In this document: positions 43,498 to 53,174 of the stretch, piece by piece
Position numbering within the stretch: position 1 is the first letter of the stretch
Layout: every line of letters begins with the position of its first letter
NCBI GenBank assembly: GCA_963662285.2
Contig: CAXXMV010000001.1
Span: forward strand, 896,001 to 960,000
Length of the DNA: 64,000 nucleotides
From: a bacterium
GTDB lineage: Bacteria > Hinthialibacterota > Hinthialibacteria > Hinthialibacterales > Hinthialibacteraceae
Direction of reading: 5' to 3'
Translations under genes and position numbers: made by a program
Notes under the pieces: model-generated
What the model was told of the DNA's origin: nothing
Seen by the model: the letters and a program-made list of their open reading frames with translations, nothing else
Databases searched by the model: none

Positions 43498-43785
43498 GTA
43501 GGGGCGCCTCTCGTGGGCGCCCGGAATACGTATCAACCGTAGATGAAATCATAATCGGGCAACCATAAAGGATTGCCCCTACGGGCTTCGGGATACGCAT
43601 CAACCGTAGGTGGAATCATCATCGGGCAACCATGAAGGATTGCCCCTACGGGATTCGGGATACGCATCAATCGCAGGTGGAATCATCATCGGGCAACCAT
43701 GAAGGATTGCCCCTATGGGATTCGGGATATGCATCAACCGCAGGTGGAATCATCATCGGGCAACCATGAAGGATTGCCCCTACGG
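43498..43785. repeat. REP/BIME-like array: one forward GTAG REP plus four 67-bp tandem units each carrying a reverse REP
   Basis: GTAGGGGCG..CGCCC at 43498-43522; units start at 43523, 43590, 43657 and 43724, each with GGGCAACC-ATRAA-GGATTGCCCCTAY. Confidence 0.9.
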
Positions 43786-43796
43786 TGAGATTTTAA

Positions 43797-44948
43797 TCAA
43801 GTTGCCTGGCGGATGCTGTATTCAACCGCATAACAAATTTGGGCGGTCTGTTCTTCGGTCATTGAGGGATAAAAAGGCAGGGTTATTTCTCTATCGCCGA
43901 CGTTTTCAGTTATGGGGCAACGTACGTCATAATCTCCCAGCAGTTCGCGGTAAACGGTAAATTTATGAATGGCGGGATAGTGAATCGATGTCTGAATTCC
44001 CTGCTCTTTCATCCCTCCAATAAAGGCGTTCCGGCTGATGTTATAACTTAACAATATTGGGAAAATATGATAACCGACGATCTCATTACTTCTTTTTTGG
44101 AAGGGGATGGAGACGCCATCCAGGTTTTGCAGCAAATTCACATATTGCGCATAGATGCCCCGTCGTAATTCAAGATTGCGGTCCAGGCGTTGCATCTGGC
44201 TTAATCCCAGGGCGCTGGTCATCTCGTTGGGACGGTAATTCAATCCTATGGCCTGGACATCATAAGACAACGCCCGGCCTTTGAAACGATCCAGGGTTAA
44301 TGAGGTCATACCATGAGAACGCAATAAGCGGATCCGATCCGCCAATTGATCATTCCCGGTTACGATCATGCCGCCTTCGCCAGTGGTCATATTTTTATTG
44401 CTGAAGAAACTGAAGCAGCCCAGGTCACCATGGCATCCGCAGTTTTTACCATCATGGGATGTTATCAAAGCGTGGGCGCAATCTTCGATGATGGCGATAT
44501 TATGTTTTCGGGCGATGCGTGAGATTTCCGCCATTTGGCATGAAAAACCAGCGTAATGAACCACAACAATGGCTTTGGTTTTTTCGGTTATTTTCGCTTC
44601 AAAATCAGCGGGAGATACGGTCCAGTCGTTTTCATCGCAGATATCAACGAAAACCGGCTTGGCGCCAACCGCGCCTATGACATTAGCGCAGGCGACGAAT
44701 GTCATAGACGGCGTCATGACCTCATCACCGGATTTTATCCCCAGAGCCATCAACGAAAGATGCAGCGCGGCGGTTCCATTGCAAACCGCAATGGCATGGT
44801 CAATATTTAGTTTTTCCGCAAAGGCTTCTTCATAGCGCTTGGTGCGCCCCCCCATCGTCAACCAGCGATCACGGATAGGTTCGCAAACCGCATTCAGATC
44901 ATCTTCGGTTATATCGGGTTCAAAAAGAGGGATTTTCCAGTCTGGCAT
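43797..44948 (-). CDS. DegT/DnrJ/EryC1/StrS sugar aminotransferase
   Basis: NGTAALHL, EDCAHA, FSFFSNKNMTTGEGG. Confidence 0.95.
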   Translation of the reverse strand: MPDWKIPLFEPDITEDDLNAVCEPIRDRWLTMGGRTKRYEEAFAEKLNIDHAIAVCNGTAALHLSLMALGIKSGDEVMTPSMTFVACANVIGAVGAKPVFVDICDENDWTVSPADFEAKITEKTKAIVVVHYAGFSCQMAEISRIARKHNIAIIEDCAHALITSHDGKNCGCHGDLGCFSFFSNKNMTTGEGGMIVTGNDQLADRIRLLRSHGMTSLTLDRFKGRALSYDVQAIGLNYRPNEMTSALGLSQMQRLDRNLELRRGIYAQYVNLLQNLDGVSIPFQKRSNEIVGYHIFPILLSYNISRNAFIGGMKEQGIQTSIHYPAIHKFTVYRELLGDYDVRCPITENVGDREITLPFYPSMTEEQTAQICYAVEYSIRQAT

Positions 44949-45006
44949 TAAAGCGCTCCTTGGGGATATTGTTTCTTGAGAGATTTATAAAAAAACGTGG
45001 ATAAAA

Positions 45007-45050
45007 GCGGTAGTCCAAAGTTTTCATAAGACCGGACTTTGAACTACCGC
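45007..45050. terminator. Hairpin downstream of the xylose isomerase gene
   Basis: GCGGTAGTCCAAAGT / ACTTTGAACTACCGC inverted repeat, followed by a T run on the minus strand. Confidence 0.5.
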
Positions 45051-45078
45051 GTATTCAGTAAATAGAGAAAGCAAAAGC

Positions 45079-46116
45079 CTAGCGCAGTTTCATCAATTTA
45101 TTCATGATCATCATTTCCATGGCTTCATAATCGCGTTGTTTGCGGAAGGCATCGATTTTCTTTCTATCCATGCTGCGTGAAATCTTCAGCAGGTTATTAA
45201 ACATTTCACGGCTATTCTTGAGATGATTGGTTGCACAACCATCTTTCTGGGTGCGCAATGCCTTAACATCCAATCCAACCATTTCGCCATTAAGACCAAA
45301 GCCGTTCTGATCAAGGACGTCAACCTGATTGAAGGCGCGGCGTAGATTCACAAAACCAAATGAACGATCCTGGTCATATTTCAAACCGTTCTGATCGTTG
45401 AGGTGAACGCTCCAGAGTTTGCCGTGCCAGAGTGCATAGGCCATATCATCTGATGGGTCAAGGCCAGCCAGGATGGAGTGCGCCGATTCGATTAAGCCGC
45501 CAACCCGGGCAGGATCAACCGTGCGATAGGACAAACCGAGGAAATGTCCGATGGTCGGGCAGAAAGATTGATCCATTGGTTCATTGGGTTTCATTTCGCC
45601 AAGAATCTTTATTTCGGGGTCATAATTAAGCAATGCATCCATGTATTCAACGAATCTGCCGACTGAAGCCGCGGCATCTTTGGACTCCCGCGTATAAGTG
45701 CCTTCACGGGCAGGCCACAGAACAATCAATTTTGTTCCGATAAGATTGGCAATATCAATCGTACGCAACGATCTATCGATAGCATACTGTCTCTCACTTT
45801 TGTTGTTGGATGTCCATCCACCATCAATAGTACGGGGGTCTTCCCACAAACGGGGGGCGACGAATTCTGGAACCAAGCCTTCGTTTTCCAACATTTTACG
45901 AATGCGAGTTGTTCCCCTTTTGGTTTGGGTTACATCCCAATCCGCTGGTACGACGTCATCATCATGAAACTGCACGCCGTCGAATCCCAGTTTTTTATAT
46001 TCCCCAAGGACGCTGGCGAAAGTTCGTTCTTTACGAACTGCCGGACCAAAGGGATCCGCTCCCGTATGAATATTCCATGGGCCAAACGAAAATCGATACT
46101 TGTCTTTCCGAACCAT
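45079..46116 (-). CDS. xylA: Xylose isomerase (class I-like)
   Basis: FSFGPWN, FHDDD, WPAREG, EMKPNEP, E.AH, HLNDQNGLKYDQD metal-binding motifs; substrate not certain. Confidence 0.78.
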   Translation of the reverse strand: MVRKDKYRFSFGPWNIHTGADPFGPAVRKERTFASVLGEYKKLGFDGVQFHDDDVVPADWDVTQTKRGTTRIRKMLENEGLVPEFVAPRLWEDPRTIDGGWTSNNKSERQYAIDRSLRTIDIANLIGTKLIVLWPAREGTYTRESKDAAASVGRFVEYMDALLNYDPEIKILGEMKPNEPMDQSFCPTIGHFLGLSYRTVDPARVGGLIESAHSILAGLDPSDDMAYALWHGKLWSVHLNDQNGLKYDQDRSFGFVNLRRAFNQVDVLDQNGFGLNGEMVGLDVKALRTQKDGCATNHLKNSREMFNNLLKISRSMDRKKIDAFRKQRDYEAMEMMIMNKLMKLR

Positions 46117-46178
46117 AATAAATCCTTTCCATTTCAGAATACTATATTAAAAGAAGTTAAAAAATATTCTCAATCCAA

Positions 46179-47129
46179 TCAACCATTAAATGCTTTTTGG
46201 AACATTTCCATACTACGCCGGACGCCTTCATCTGCGTCCGCCTTGCCTTCGAATTCCAGGGAGATATATCCACCATAGTTTACGTCCGCCAGAATTTTAG
46301 CTACCCGCTTATAATCCAGATCAAGCGTATACCACTCGCCGCCGCCGAAATAGGTTTTAGCCTGGACGAAAGTAGCCTTGGAAGCAATTTTCTCTAATTT
46401 TTCATAAGGTTCTTCAAGAAAATTACCCGTATCCATTAGAAGTCCCATCCAGGGCGATTCAATGGCATCAACGATGCGAAGCAGGCCTTGCGGAGAGCGG
46501 GTTAATCCCCAGTGATTCTCCAGGGCTAGAACCACGCCGCATTCTTCGGCTTTAGGCAGGCATTTCTCAATCGAGTCGATGCACCATTTGAAAGCATCTT
46601 CCTCGGTGTAACCTTCTATAACCGGCTCAAGTCCGCGTCTCTCCATTAATTCATCGAAGGTTTTAATCGTGCCCCAGCGCCCTGAATTCAGGCGTATGCA
46701 GGGGATGCCCATTTTGTAGGCCAGTTCGATGCATTTTTTGGTATGTTCGATATTTTTGTTTCGAGACTCAACATCAGGCTCCACGAAGTCCTGGTGTATG
46801 GAGAGACAGATAAGATCGATGCCGTTTATGAAGGCGTGCCTCTTGATGCTTTGCAAATAAGCGTTTTCTTCACTTTGAGTATAATCTTTATTGTAGCAAT
46901 CCATCTGTTGATGAAGAACATCCACGCCTTCAATGCCAAATTTGGCCGCGTTATCAATTACTTGATGAATGGTGACTTTGGGATCTCTGAAATGCCAGTA
47001 TGAATAACTGGATAATCCAAACTTAATGCGTTTCTTTACGGCGGGAGCTGAATAAGCTGAGTTTACAGCCAAGGTTGCGCCAACAGCGCCGGCGGCAGTT
47101 GATAACATGGCACGTCGGTTTATTTTCAT
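46179..47129 (-). CDS. Tat-exported sugar phosphate isomerase/epimerase (TIM barrel)
   Basis: INRRAML twin-arginine leader; LALENHWG, MDTGNF, SLEFEG. Confidence 0.88.
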   Translation of the reverse strand: MKINRRAMLSTAAGAVGATLAVNSAYSAPAVKKRIKFGLSSYSYWHFRDPKVTIHQVIDNAAKFGIEGVDVLHQQMDCYNKDYTQSEENAYLQSIKRHAFINGIDLICLSIHQDFVEPDVESRNKNIEHTKKCIELAYKMGIPCIRLNSGRWGTIKTFDELMERRGLEPVIEGYTEEDAFKWCIDSIEKCLPKAEECGVVLALENHWGLTRSPQGLLRIVDAIESPWMGLLMDTGNFLEEPYEKLEKIASKATFVQAKTYFGGGEWYTLDLDYKRVAKILADVNYGGYISLEFEGKADADEGVRRSMEMFQKAFNG

Positions 47130-47347
47130 AATAACGCCTCTCCAGTAAATTGTTTATTAAATATACCACGCATCTGAATTTCTATTTAATAAGCATGATG
47201 ATATATACTAGCATTATTTTTATTTAAAGAGTATTTTCACAGAACAAATTAATACTCATTAATCGACTGTCCATAGAAATGCTTGGCGCTCTTTTCATGT
47301 TTGAGTTATAATCACTCTATAAAAACACAACGGTATAAGGAAACATT

Positions 47348-47926
47348 ATGTCGCGCATATCTTCGAAACCAGACAAAGAATATCCGTGGTGGATTCGGCT
47401 GTTTTTTCGTTCTCAATACAAAAAGTATGGACAGGTTTTAGAACCAGCCAAAATCTGGGCGCGCATTCCACGGGTTTTTCTGGGCGTTGCTGCATTATAC
47501 GGAGGGCTGGACCGTAAATCATCGAATATTGAACCTGTGCTGCGGGCCTTAATCACCGTGCGCATTTCTCAAATAAACTGGTGCACCTTTTGCGTCGATA
47601 TCAATTCAGCCACCGTCTTGAAACGAGGCGGGACGGATAAGAAACTGGAAGATTTGGATAGTTTTCTGGATAGCCCGCACTTCTCAGATAAAGAAAAAGC
47701 CGCATTAGAATATGCCGAAGCAGTTACCTACACTGATCGTCAGGTAACGGATGAATTGTTCGCCAAAGTCAAACAGCATTTTGACGATGATGGAATAGTT
47801 GATTTAACCGGGCTTATCGCCTTCCAAAATCTATCGAGTAAGTTCAACGCATCCCTGGACGTAATGCCGCAGGGATTCTGTAAAATCGCTCCTCAGCCCA
47901 CCGGCGCTAATACAGAAAAAGAGTGA
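47348..47926 (+). CDS. AhpD/carboxymuconolactone decarboxylase-family protein
   Basis: RISQINWCTFCVD (CxxC), FSDKEKAALEYAEAVT. Confidence 0.88.
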   Translation: MSRISSKPDKEYPWWIRLFFRSQYKKYGQVLEPAKIWARIPRVFLGVAALYGGLDRKSSNIEPVLRALITVRISQINWCTFCVDINSATVLKRGGTDKKLEDLDSFLDSPHFSDKEKAALEYAEAVTYTDRQVTDELFAKVKQHFDDDGIVDLTGLIAFQNLSSKFNASLDVMPQGFCKIAPQPTGANTEKE

Positions 47927-47941
47927 TATTCAAGCAGCGCT

Positions 47942-49123
47942 CTAATTAACTTTCAATTCATAAAAGGCATCGGCCAGCCGTTTGATCCCGGTATCTATGG
48001 CAGACTCATCAGCGTTGGAGAAATTCAAGCGCATTGTAGAGTCGCCGCCATCTTCACAATAGAATGGAAAACCGGGAACAAAAGCGACATTATTTTTTAC
48101 AGCAGCATCGAATAATTTCATCGACGACATCCCATCCGGTAAATCAGCCCAAAGAAACATCCCGCCTTCCGGCTCGGTGCATTTAATATCACCGTCGAAT
48201 CGCGCTTTGATGGCATGAACCATGGCGTCACGTTGTTTTTTATAGACTTCGCGAATTTTGTTGATATGTTCATCCATATCATAATCTACCAGCAATTGGT
48301 GAATCACGCGCTGCACGAAAGAACTGGAATGAAGATCAGAGGCTTGCTTGGCGACGATCAATTTCTCGATAAATTCCTTACGGGCGCAAATCCAACCCAG
48401 GCGGAAAGATGGAACAACAACTTTGGAAAACGAACCCAGTAAAAGAACGTTATCCATACAGAAAGATTTGACCGGAGCGATGTCAGAACCCATAAAGCGC
48501 AATTCTCCATAGGGATTATCTTCTACAAACAATAGATTATTATCATGCAGAAGTTGGGCTGTTTCCCGCCGGACTTCCTCAGAATAAGTGATGCCTGTCG
48601 GATTCTGGAAACTGGTTACAGAATAAATCAGTTTGATGGAGAATTGCCTTATAGTCCTTTTCAATTCATCTAAATCAATGCCCTCTTCAGTCAAGGCAAC
48701 CGGGTGAAACTCAGGTTGATACATGGAAAGAGCCTGCAAGGCGCCCAAGTAACCGGGCTTCTCAACTACAACCGGGTCGCCTTTATTGAGGAAGACCTTG
48801 CCGATCAGGTCGATGCCCTGCTGAGAACCATTGGTGATCAATATTTCATCGGCATCAACATCCATTCCGTATTGTTGGTTGTAACGTCCGGCTACCCATG
48901 AGCGCAAAGGGTGATAACCCTGGGTTTTGGCATATTGAAGGGCGCCCTTACTATCCGTCGCCAAAACTTTCTGACAGGCCTCGGCAATTTCCGCAGCAGG
49001 GAACAAATCGGGATTGGGCAATCCTCCAGCAAAGGATATCACTTCCGGTTTTCCTGCGACTTCCAGGATATCGCGGATAAAAGAACGGCGTGTATTAAGA
49101 ATTCTATCTGAGAAATAGTTCAT
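47942..49123 (-). CDS. PLP-dependent aminotransferase (LysN/aromatic class I type)
   Basis: ISFAGGLP, NGSQQGID, FQNPTG, EDNPYGEL, GSFSK..PSFRLGW, PEGGMFLW. Confidence 0.93.
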   Translation of the reverse strand: MNYFSDRILNTRRSFIRDILEVAGKPEVISFAGGLPNPDLFPAAEIAEACQKVLATDSKGALQYAKTQGYHPLRSWVAGRYNQQYGMDVDADEILITNGSQQGIDLIGKVFLNKGDPVVVEKPGYLGALQALSMYQPEFHPVALTEEGIDLDELKRTIRQFSIKLIYSVTSFQNPTGITYSEEVRRETAQLLHDNNLLFVEDNPYGELRFMGSDIAPVKSFCMDNVLLLGSFSKVVVPSFRLGWICARKEFIEKLIVAKQASDLHSSSFVQRVIHQLLVDYDMDEHINKIREVYKKQRDAMVHAIKARFDGDIKCTEPEGGMFLWADLPDGMSSMKLFDAAVKNNVAFVPGFPFYCEDGGDSTMRLNFSNADESAIDTGIKRLADAFYELKVN

Positions 49124-49186
49124 AGAAGGTTGTCCAATTTAAGTAAATATTACGAATATAGTATGTTCAGATAATCTAAAGATAGA

Positions 49187-49729
49187 TTATTTAAGATCAA
49201 GGTCAAGCAGATAAAAAGCATTCAATACAAGAGCATGACGGATAGTTCCATTTTGAATCATGGAGGGGATTTTATCTCCAGGAATCAATACTACTTGAAT
49301 GTCTTCGCCCGCATCCAGGTTCTGCGGATATTTTAACTCAACATTTTCAGCGCAAAAGATATGGCAGGTATTATTCAAAATCGCCGGATTGGGATGACAC
49401 GATCCGATGCATCTAACCTTATCAGAATGATATCCTGTCTCTTCCTTCAATTCACGTCGCGCCGCATCAATCGGGGATAGGTCGGCGCGATCAATCAGGC
49501 CGCCGGGAATCTCCAAGGTAACCTCTTCCATTCCAAAACGATACTGACGCACCATCACAATTTCGCCTTGGGGTGTAATGGGAATGACAATCACCCAATC
49601 TCTGGTTTCCAAGACAAAGACCTGTAGGTCATCGCCTGTACGAGGCGATTCCATCAGGTCGCTTCGAAGATCAAAGACCGGATAACGACAAACATACTCG
49701 CTGGATTTCTTCTTCCATGGACGAACCAT
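49187..49729 (-). CDS. NUDIX hydrolase (ADP-ribose pyrophosphatase-like)
   Basis: VRQYR, EIPGGLID..AARRELKEETG Nudix box. Confidence 0.93.
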   Translation of the reverse strand: MVRPWKKKSSEYVCRYPVFDLRSDLMESPRTGDDLQVFVLETRDWVIVIPITPQGEIVMVRQYRFGMEEVTLEIPGGLIDRADLSPIDAARRELKEETGYHSDKVRCIGSCHPNPAILNNTCHIFCAENVELKYPQNLDAGEDIQVVLIPGDKIPSMIQNGTIRHALVLNAFYLLDLDLK

Positions 49730-49755
49730 GTAATTATATACTCCTTTGGCAGGAT

Positions 49756-51339
49756 TTATTTCGCCATACCAGGATCGTTTATACTTAAAAGCGGCCCAAT
49801 ACGATGTCCATTATGAGGGATGCTATAAGTCCGGGAACCATTCGATGTTACAAAAGAATGCGATGCAACCGCTTCGGTCGACATAATATAACCAGAGTAT
49901 AACACGCCAATACGATAATCATATTCTGCATTCCCCGATGCAACAGGTTTTAAATCATAAGGCTTGTCACCGAGCATGACGCGAACATATTCTGGAGGCC
50001 TATTCATCATATCACGATAGACGCACCGCACATGATATTTTTTCCGGGAGTTTCCCACCAGTTCATAAATCTCAGCAGCATGCAGGAAAGGAGGAGGGTC
50101 GCCAGAAGGCACGCCTAGGGTTTCTGCAAATGCATAGACAATCAGTTCGCCCTCGGTCATAAGATCATCCTGCGACTTATACAGCGTATACGGCAATCCA
50201 AAGCTCTGATTATAACGATGCTCGCATTGGCATAATCCCGTCAAGACATCAGGAAACAGATCCGCAACATACTTGGAAAACCGGGTATCCTGCAAAACCC
50301 GCTCGGAATTGTAAAACCAGGGTAAATATTTCTGGCAAAGCAATTGACTAAAAAAAGCATCCTGAGCAGCGTAATTCGATTCAGCGCAATGTTCTCTTCT
50401 GAAGTGATCGTCGCTCCAGGCGCTTGAATGGATCCGGATAGCATAGTTGATGGAATTGCCGGAATCTTTCCACTGTTGCAGGAAAAGTTTTAATTGACGT
50501 TGTTCATAAAACGAATAACTGGTTTCCGGCCATGTCTCAGTCCAATATACGTTCTTCCCTTGGGCGGAACCTTCTAATGAGATGGGATGAACTGCGCTGC
50601 CCAACGCAACGCCATCTCTATCAAATAGCGGAATAAACATAAAGCGGCAGCGCCGTTTTACTGCGGCGGCGACAGGATCATCCGAAAGTAAAAAGCGAAT
50701 TATCCCTTCACAGAGCCATGAAGCGGCGCCCTCCAGGGCTTCTTCCCGCGCCAGGATAAAAATGGCTAATTTATCTTTGTCAACTATTTCCGGATCAGTA
50801 ACTGTTATCAAGGGAATAGAGAGCTGCTTGATCGGCGTTTGACATATAGATTGAAAATTGACATGGGGATTGGCGCCAATCTCCTTGATAAAATCATCTA
50901 ACCGGTTGTTGGGATAAGGTGGAGTAAAAGCCAGCCAGGCTCGATTTGATGCAAAAGTATGAGTGAAAGAATATTTAACTATATTCTGTTCACCGGGATA
51001 TGAGGTTGTGGTGCGCGTCTTGAGAAAAGACCAGTTTTTCTGATCATAACTGATCGCAGGAAGCGCGTCGCAGCTATAATAATCCTTACGGGCATGCTCA
51101 AATACAAAGGTTCTGGTTTTACCGCCAAGCCCATCAACTCTGAAAAAATACCATATCCCGCCAGAAGATGGAGCATGTTGCAGAACAATCTCACCACTGG
51201 CATTCTGCGTCCACCCGCCTAAACTGCCATTATCAAAATTCCAGGCGATCTGGAAATCGTTATCCGATGCAGATTGGGCGTATAGCGCAGGAAAGACAGA
51301 TAAATATAAAAGAACGATTACAGATGCACGTTTCATCAT
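49756..51339 (-). CDS. Secreted M14 cytosolic-carboxypeptidase-like protein with altered metal site
   Basis: Signal peptide; NFDNGSL, WYFFRV, AFTPPYP N-domain motifs; AREEALE replaces the usual HxxE. Confidence 0.72.
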   Translation of the reverse strand: MMKRASVIVLLYLSVFPALYAQSASDNDFQIAWNFDNGSLGGWTQNASGEIVLQHAPSSGGIWYFFRVDGLGGKTRTFVFEHARKDYYSCDALPAISYDQKNWSFLKTRTTTSYPGEQNIVKYSFTHTFASNRAWLAFTPPYPNNRLDDFIKEIGANPHVNFQSICQTPIKQLSIPLITVTDPEIVDKDKLAIFILAREEALEGAASWLCEGIIRFLLSDDPVAAAVKRRCRFMFIPLFDRDGVALGSAVHPISLEGSAQGKNVYWTETWPETSYSFYEQRQLKLFLQQWKDSGNSINYAIRIHSSAWSDDHFRREHCAESNYAAQDAFFSQLLCQKYLPWFYNSERVLQDTRFSKYVADLFPDVLTGLCQCEHRYNQSFGLPYTLYKSQDDLMTEGELIVYAFAETLGVPSGDPPPFLHAAEIYELVGNSRKKYHVRCVYRDMMNRPPEYVRVMLGDKPYDLKPVASGNAEYDYRIGVLYSGYIMSTEAVASHSFVTSNGSRTYSIPHNGHRIGPLLSINDPGMAK

Positions 51340-51421
51340 TAAACATCACCCACATCACCAGGATTCGTTCTTTAATCTCAGCGCTACGCTCTAGGCAGCG
51401 CATCTATCCAATACTCCAAGA

Positions 51422-52378
51422 TTATGATTTATCACCAATCTCCATACCAAGCAAGACGCCGCCTACAACCACTACATCTTCGCCAAGAGCGGCTGGAACT
51501 ATTGAGAATGATCCATCAAAAGGGCTAAAAGAATTTTGCATGACTCTCTTTAGCAGCGCATCCCAAAACAAAGATCCCATCAAAGAAACGCCGCCTCCGA
51601 TAATAAAACGTTCTGGATTCAACAAGGCGATAGTATTACAGATGCTCACAGCCAGGGCGTTACAAGTATCATCTAGTATAGCACAGGCAAGAAGGTCATC
51701 CTGTTCAGCTGCGGCGTAAACCATTTTGGCGTCGATTGATGAAAGGTCGCCTTTCGACAGGTTCTTAATAAGCGTGGATTCGCCTTCTTCAACAGCATGG
51801 CGGGCGCGTTCACCGATAGCCCAACCCGAACAAATATTCTCTAATTTCTCGGGATCGCCATCGTCAGGATCAGGCACCCAGGTATGGCCGATTTCCGCGG
51901 CGCCAAATCCCTGCCCTTCGTCAATTACGCCATCAACGATCCAGCCGCCGCCGATGCCGCTGCCAATCGTCATATAGAAAACGCGGCTGAATCCTTTACC
52001 AGCGCCCATCCGGGCTTCGGCATAGCCTGCCAGACTGGCGTCGTTTTGAATAGCCACAGGCGCCTGACATTGTTGGCTCAGCCAATCTCTCAAGGGAAAG
52101 CCATCCCATCCATCAATTTGGTGAGATATAAGGGTAATCCCTTTTTTGGAATCAATCGGTCCGCCAAAACCTACGCCGACGCCGCAGATATCATTGCGCG
52201 AGATTTGCGCCTTTTCAATTACATCATCAATCAGAGCGGGAATGGCTTCACGGATGCCTTCTGCGCCGCGTTCCACATCAACTTGCGTACGCGAAATAGC
52301 AATCAACCGATCATTTTTGAAACCGATTCCCGCTTGTAATTTAGTTCCGCCAATCTCAATTCCGATTGCGATGCTCAT
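51422..52378 (-). CDS. ROK-family sugar kinase
   Basis: GIEIGGTK, GVGFGGP, QNDA, GSGIGGG, EIGH. Confidence 0.93.
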   Translation of the reverse strand: MSIAIGIEIGGTKLQAGIGFKNDRLIAISRTQVDVERGAEGIREAIPALIDDVIEKAQISRNDICGVGVGFGGPIDSKKGITLISHQIDGWDGFPLRDWLSQQCQAPVAIQNDASLAGYAEARMGAGKGFSRVFYMTIGSGIGGGWIVDGVIDEGQGFGAAEIGHTWVPDPDDGDPEKLENICSGWAIGERARHAVEEGESTLIKNLSKGDLSSIDAKMVYAAAEQDDLLACAILDDTCNALAVSICNTIALLNPERFIIGGGVSLMGSLFWDALLKRVMQNSFSPFDGSFSIVPAALGEDVVVVGGVLLGMEIGDKS

Positions 52379-52950
52379 GATGTGTGCATAGCCTTGAATT
52401 TCTCTGTCAACGCATCCAAAGCGTAATGCATAACAACGCCATGCACCGCCTCGACGACGCCCATGTTAAAAGAATCAACATGTACTGATTGATGAGCCAT
52501 TTTACGTAATTTCCCGCCATCATATCCAGTGAAACCAAACGTTTTCATGCCGTTTTCATTGGCGTACTCAATGGCTTTGATAATATTAGGGCTATTGCCG
52601 GAACCGCTGATAGCGATCAGCAAAGCGCCAGGTTCGGCGAAGTTCTTCAATTGCTCGACGAAGATGCGGTCATACGACGTATCATTTCCCCAGGCGAGAA
52701 TATAAGGCGTATTATCGGTTAAGCTCATAACTTTGAGCCGTTTCTGCGTATCGAAATCGGTCAGAGTACCCTTACCCAAATCTTCACAGAGATGAGAAGC
52801 GTTAGCGCCGCTGCCGCCGTTGCCAATCAAGAATACAAAACGGTTATTAACATAGGCTTCAGTGATAGCGTCGATTAAACCATCGACCTCTTTTTGATCA
52901 ACTTTGCTCAGCAAATCCGTAAAATCTTTTAAGTATTGTGCAATAGACAT
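52375..52950 (-). CDS. gmhA: SIS-domain phosphoheptose isomerase-like protein
   Basis: GNGGSGANASH, AWGND..Y..IFVEQL, ISGSGNSPN; ATGA overlap with the ROK gene. Confidence 0.75.
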   Translation of the reverse strand: MSIAQYLKDFTDLLSKVDQKEVDGLIDAITEAYVNNRFVFLIGNGGSGANASHLCEDLGKGTLTDFDTQKRLKVMSLTDNTPYILAWGNDTSYDRIFVEQLKNFAEPGALLIAISGSGNSPNIIKAIEYANENGMKTFGFTGYDGGKLRKMAHQSVHVDSFNMGVVEAVHGVVMHYALDALTEKFKAMHTS

Positions 52951-53174
52951 TAAAAAAAACCTCCTAGTAGACATTAACTACGAATCATACATTCTGATGT
53001 TATTTATGAAAAGCGAGATGAAGTTAAAAAAAATAATTTCAGCATTTACATGAAAGAATATGCAACCAATATTATTCTACATGCTGCAAGGATAATCCTT
53101 GTGGTTACCCGATTACGAAATCCCCTTTGGTTTTTCAAATTTCCAAGCCGCCTGAAATATTCTTAGGAAAAGTA

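Noticed and set aside
43523-43785. Possible CRISPR array
   Set aside because: The sequences between palindromes are near-identical rather than unique spacers, the palindromes carry the GTAG REP signature, and no cas genes are present
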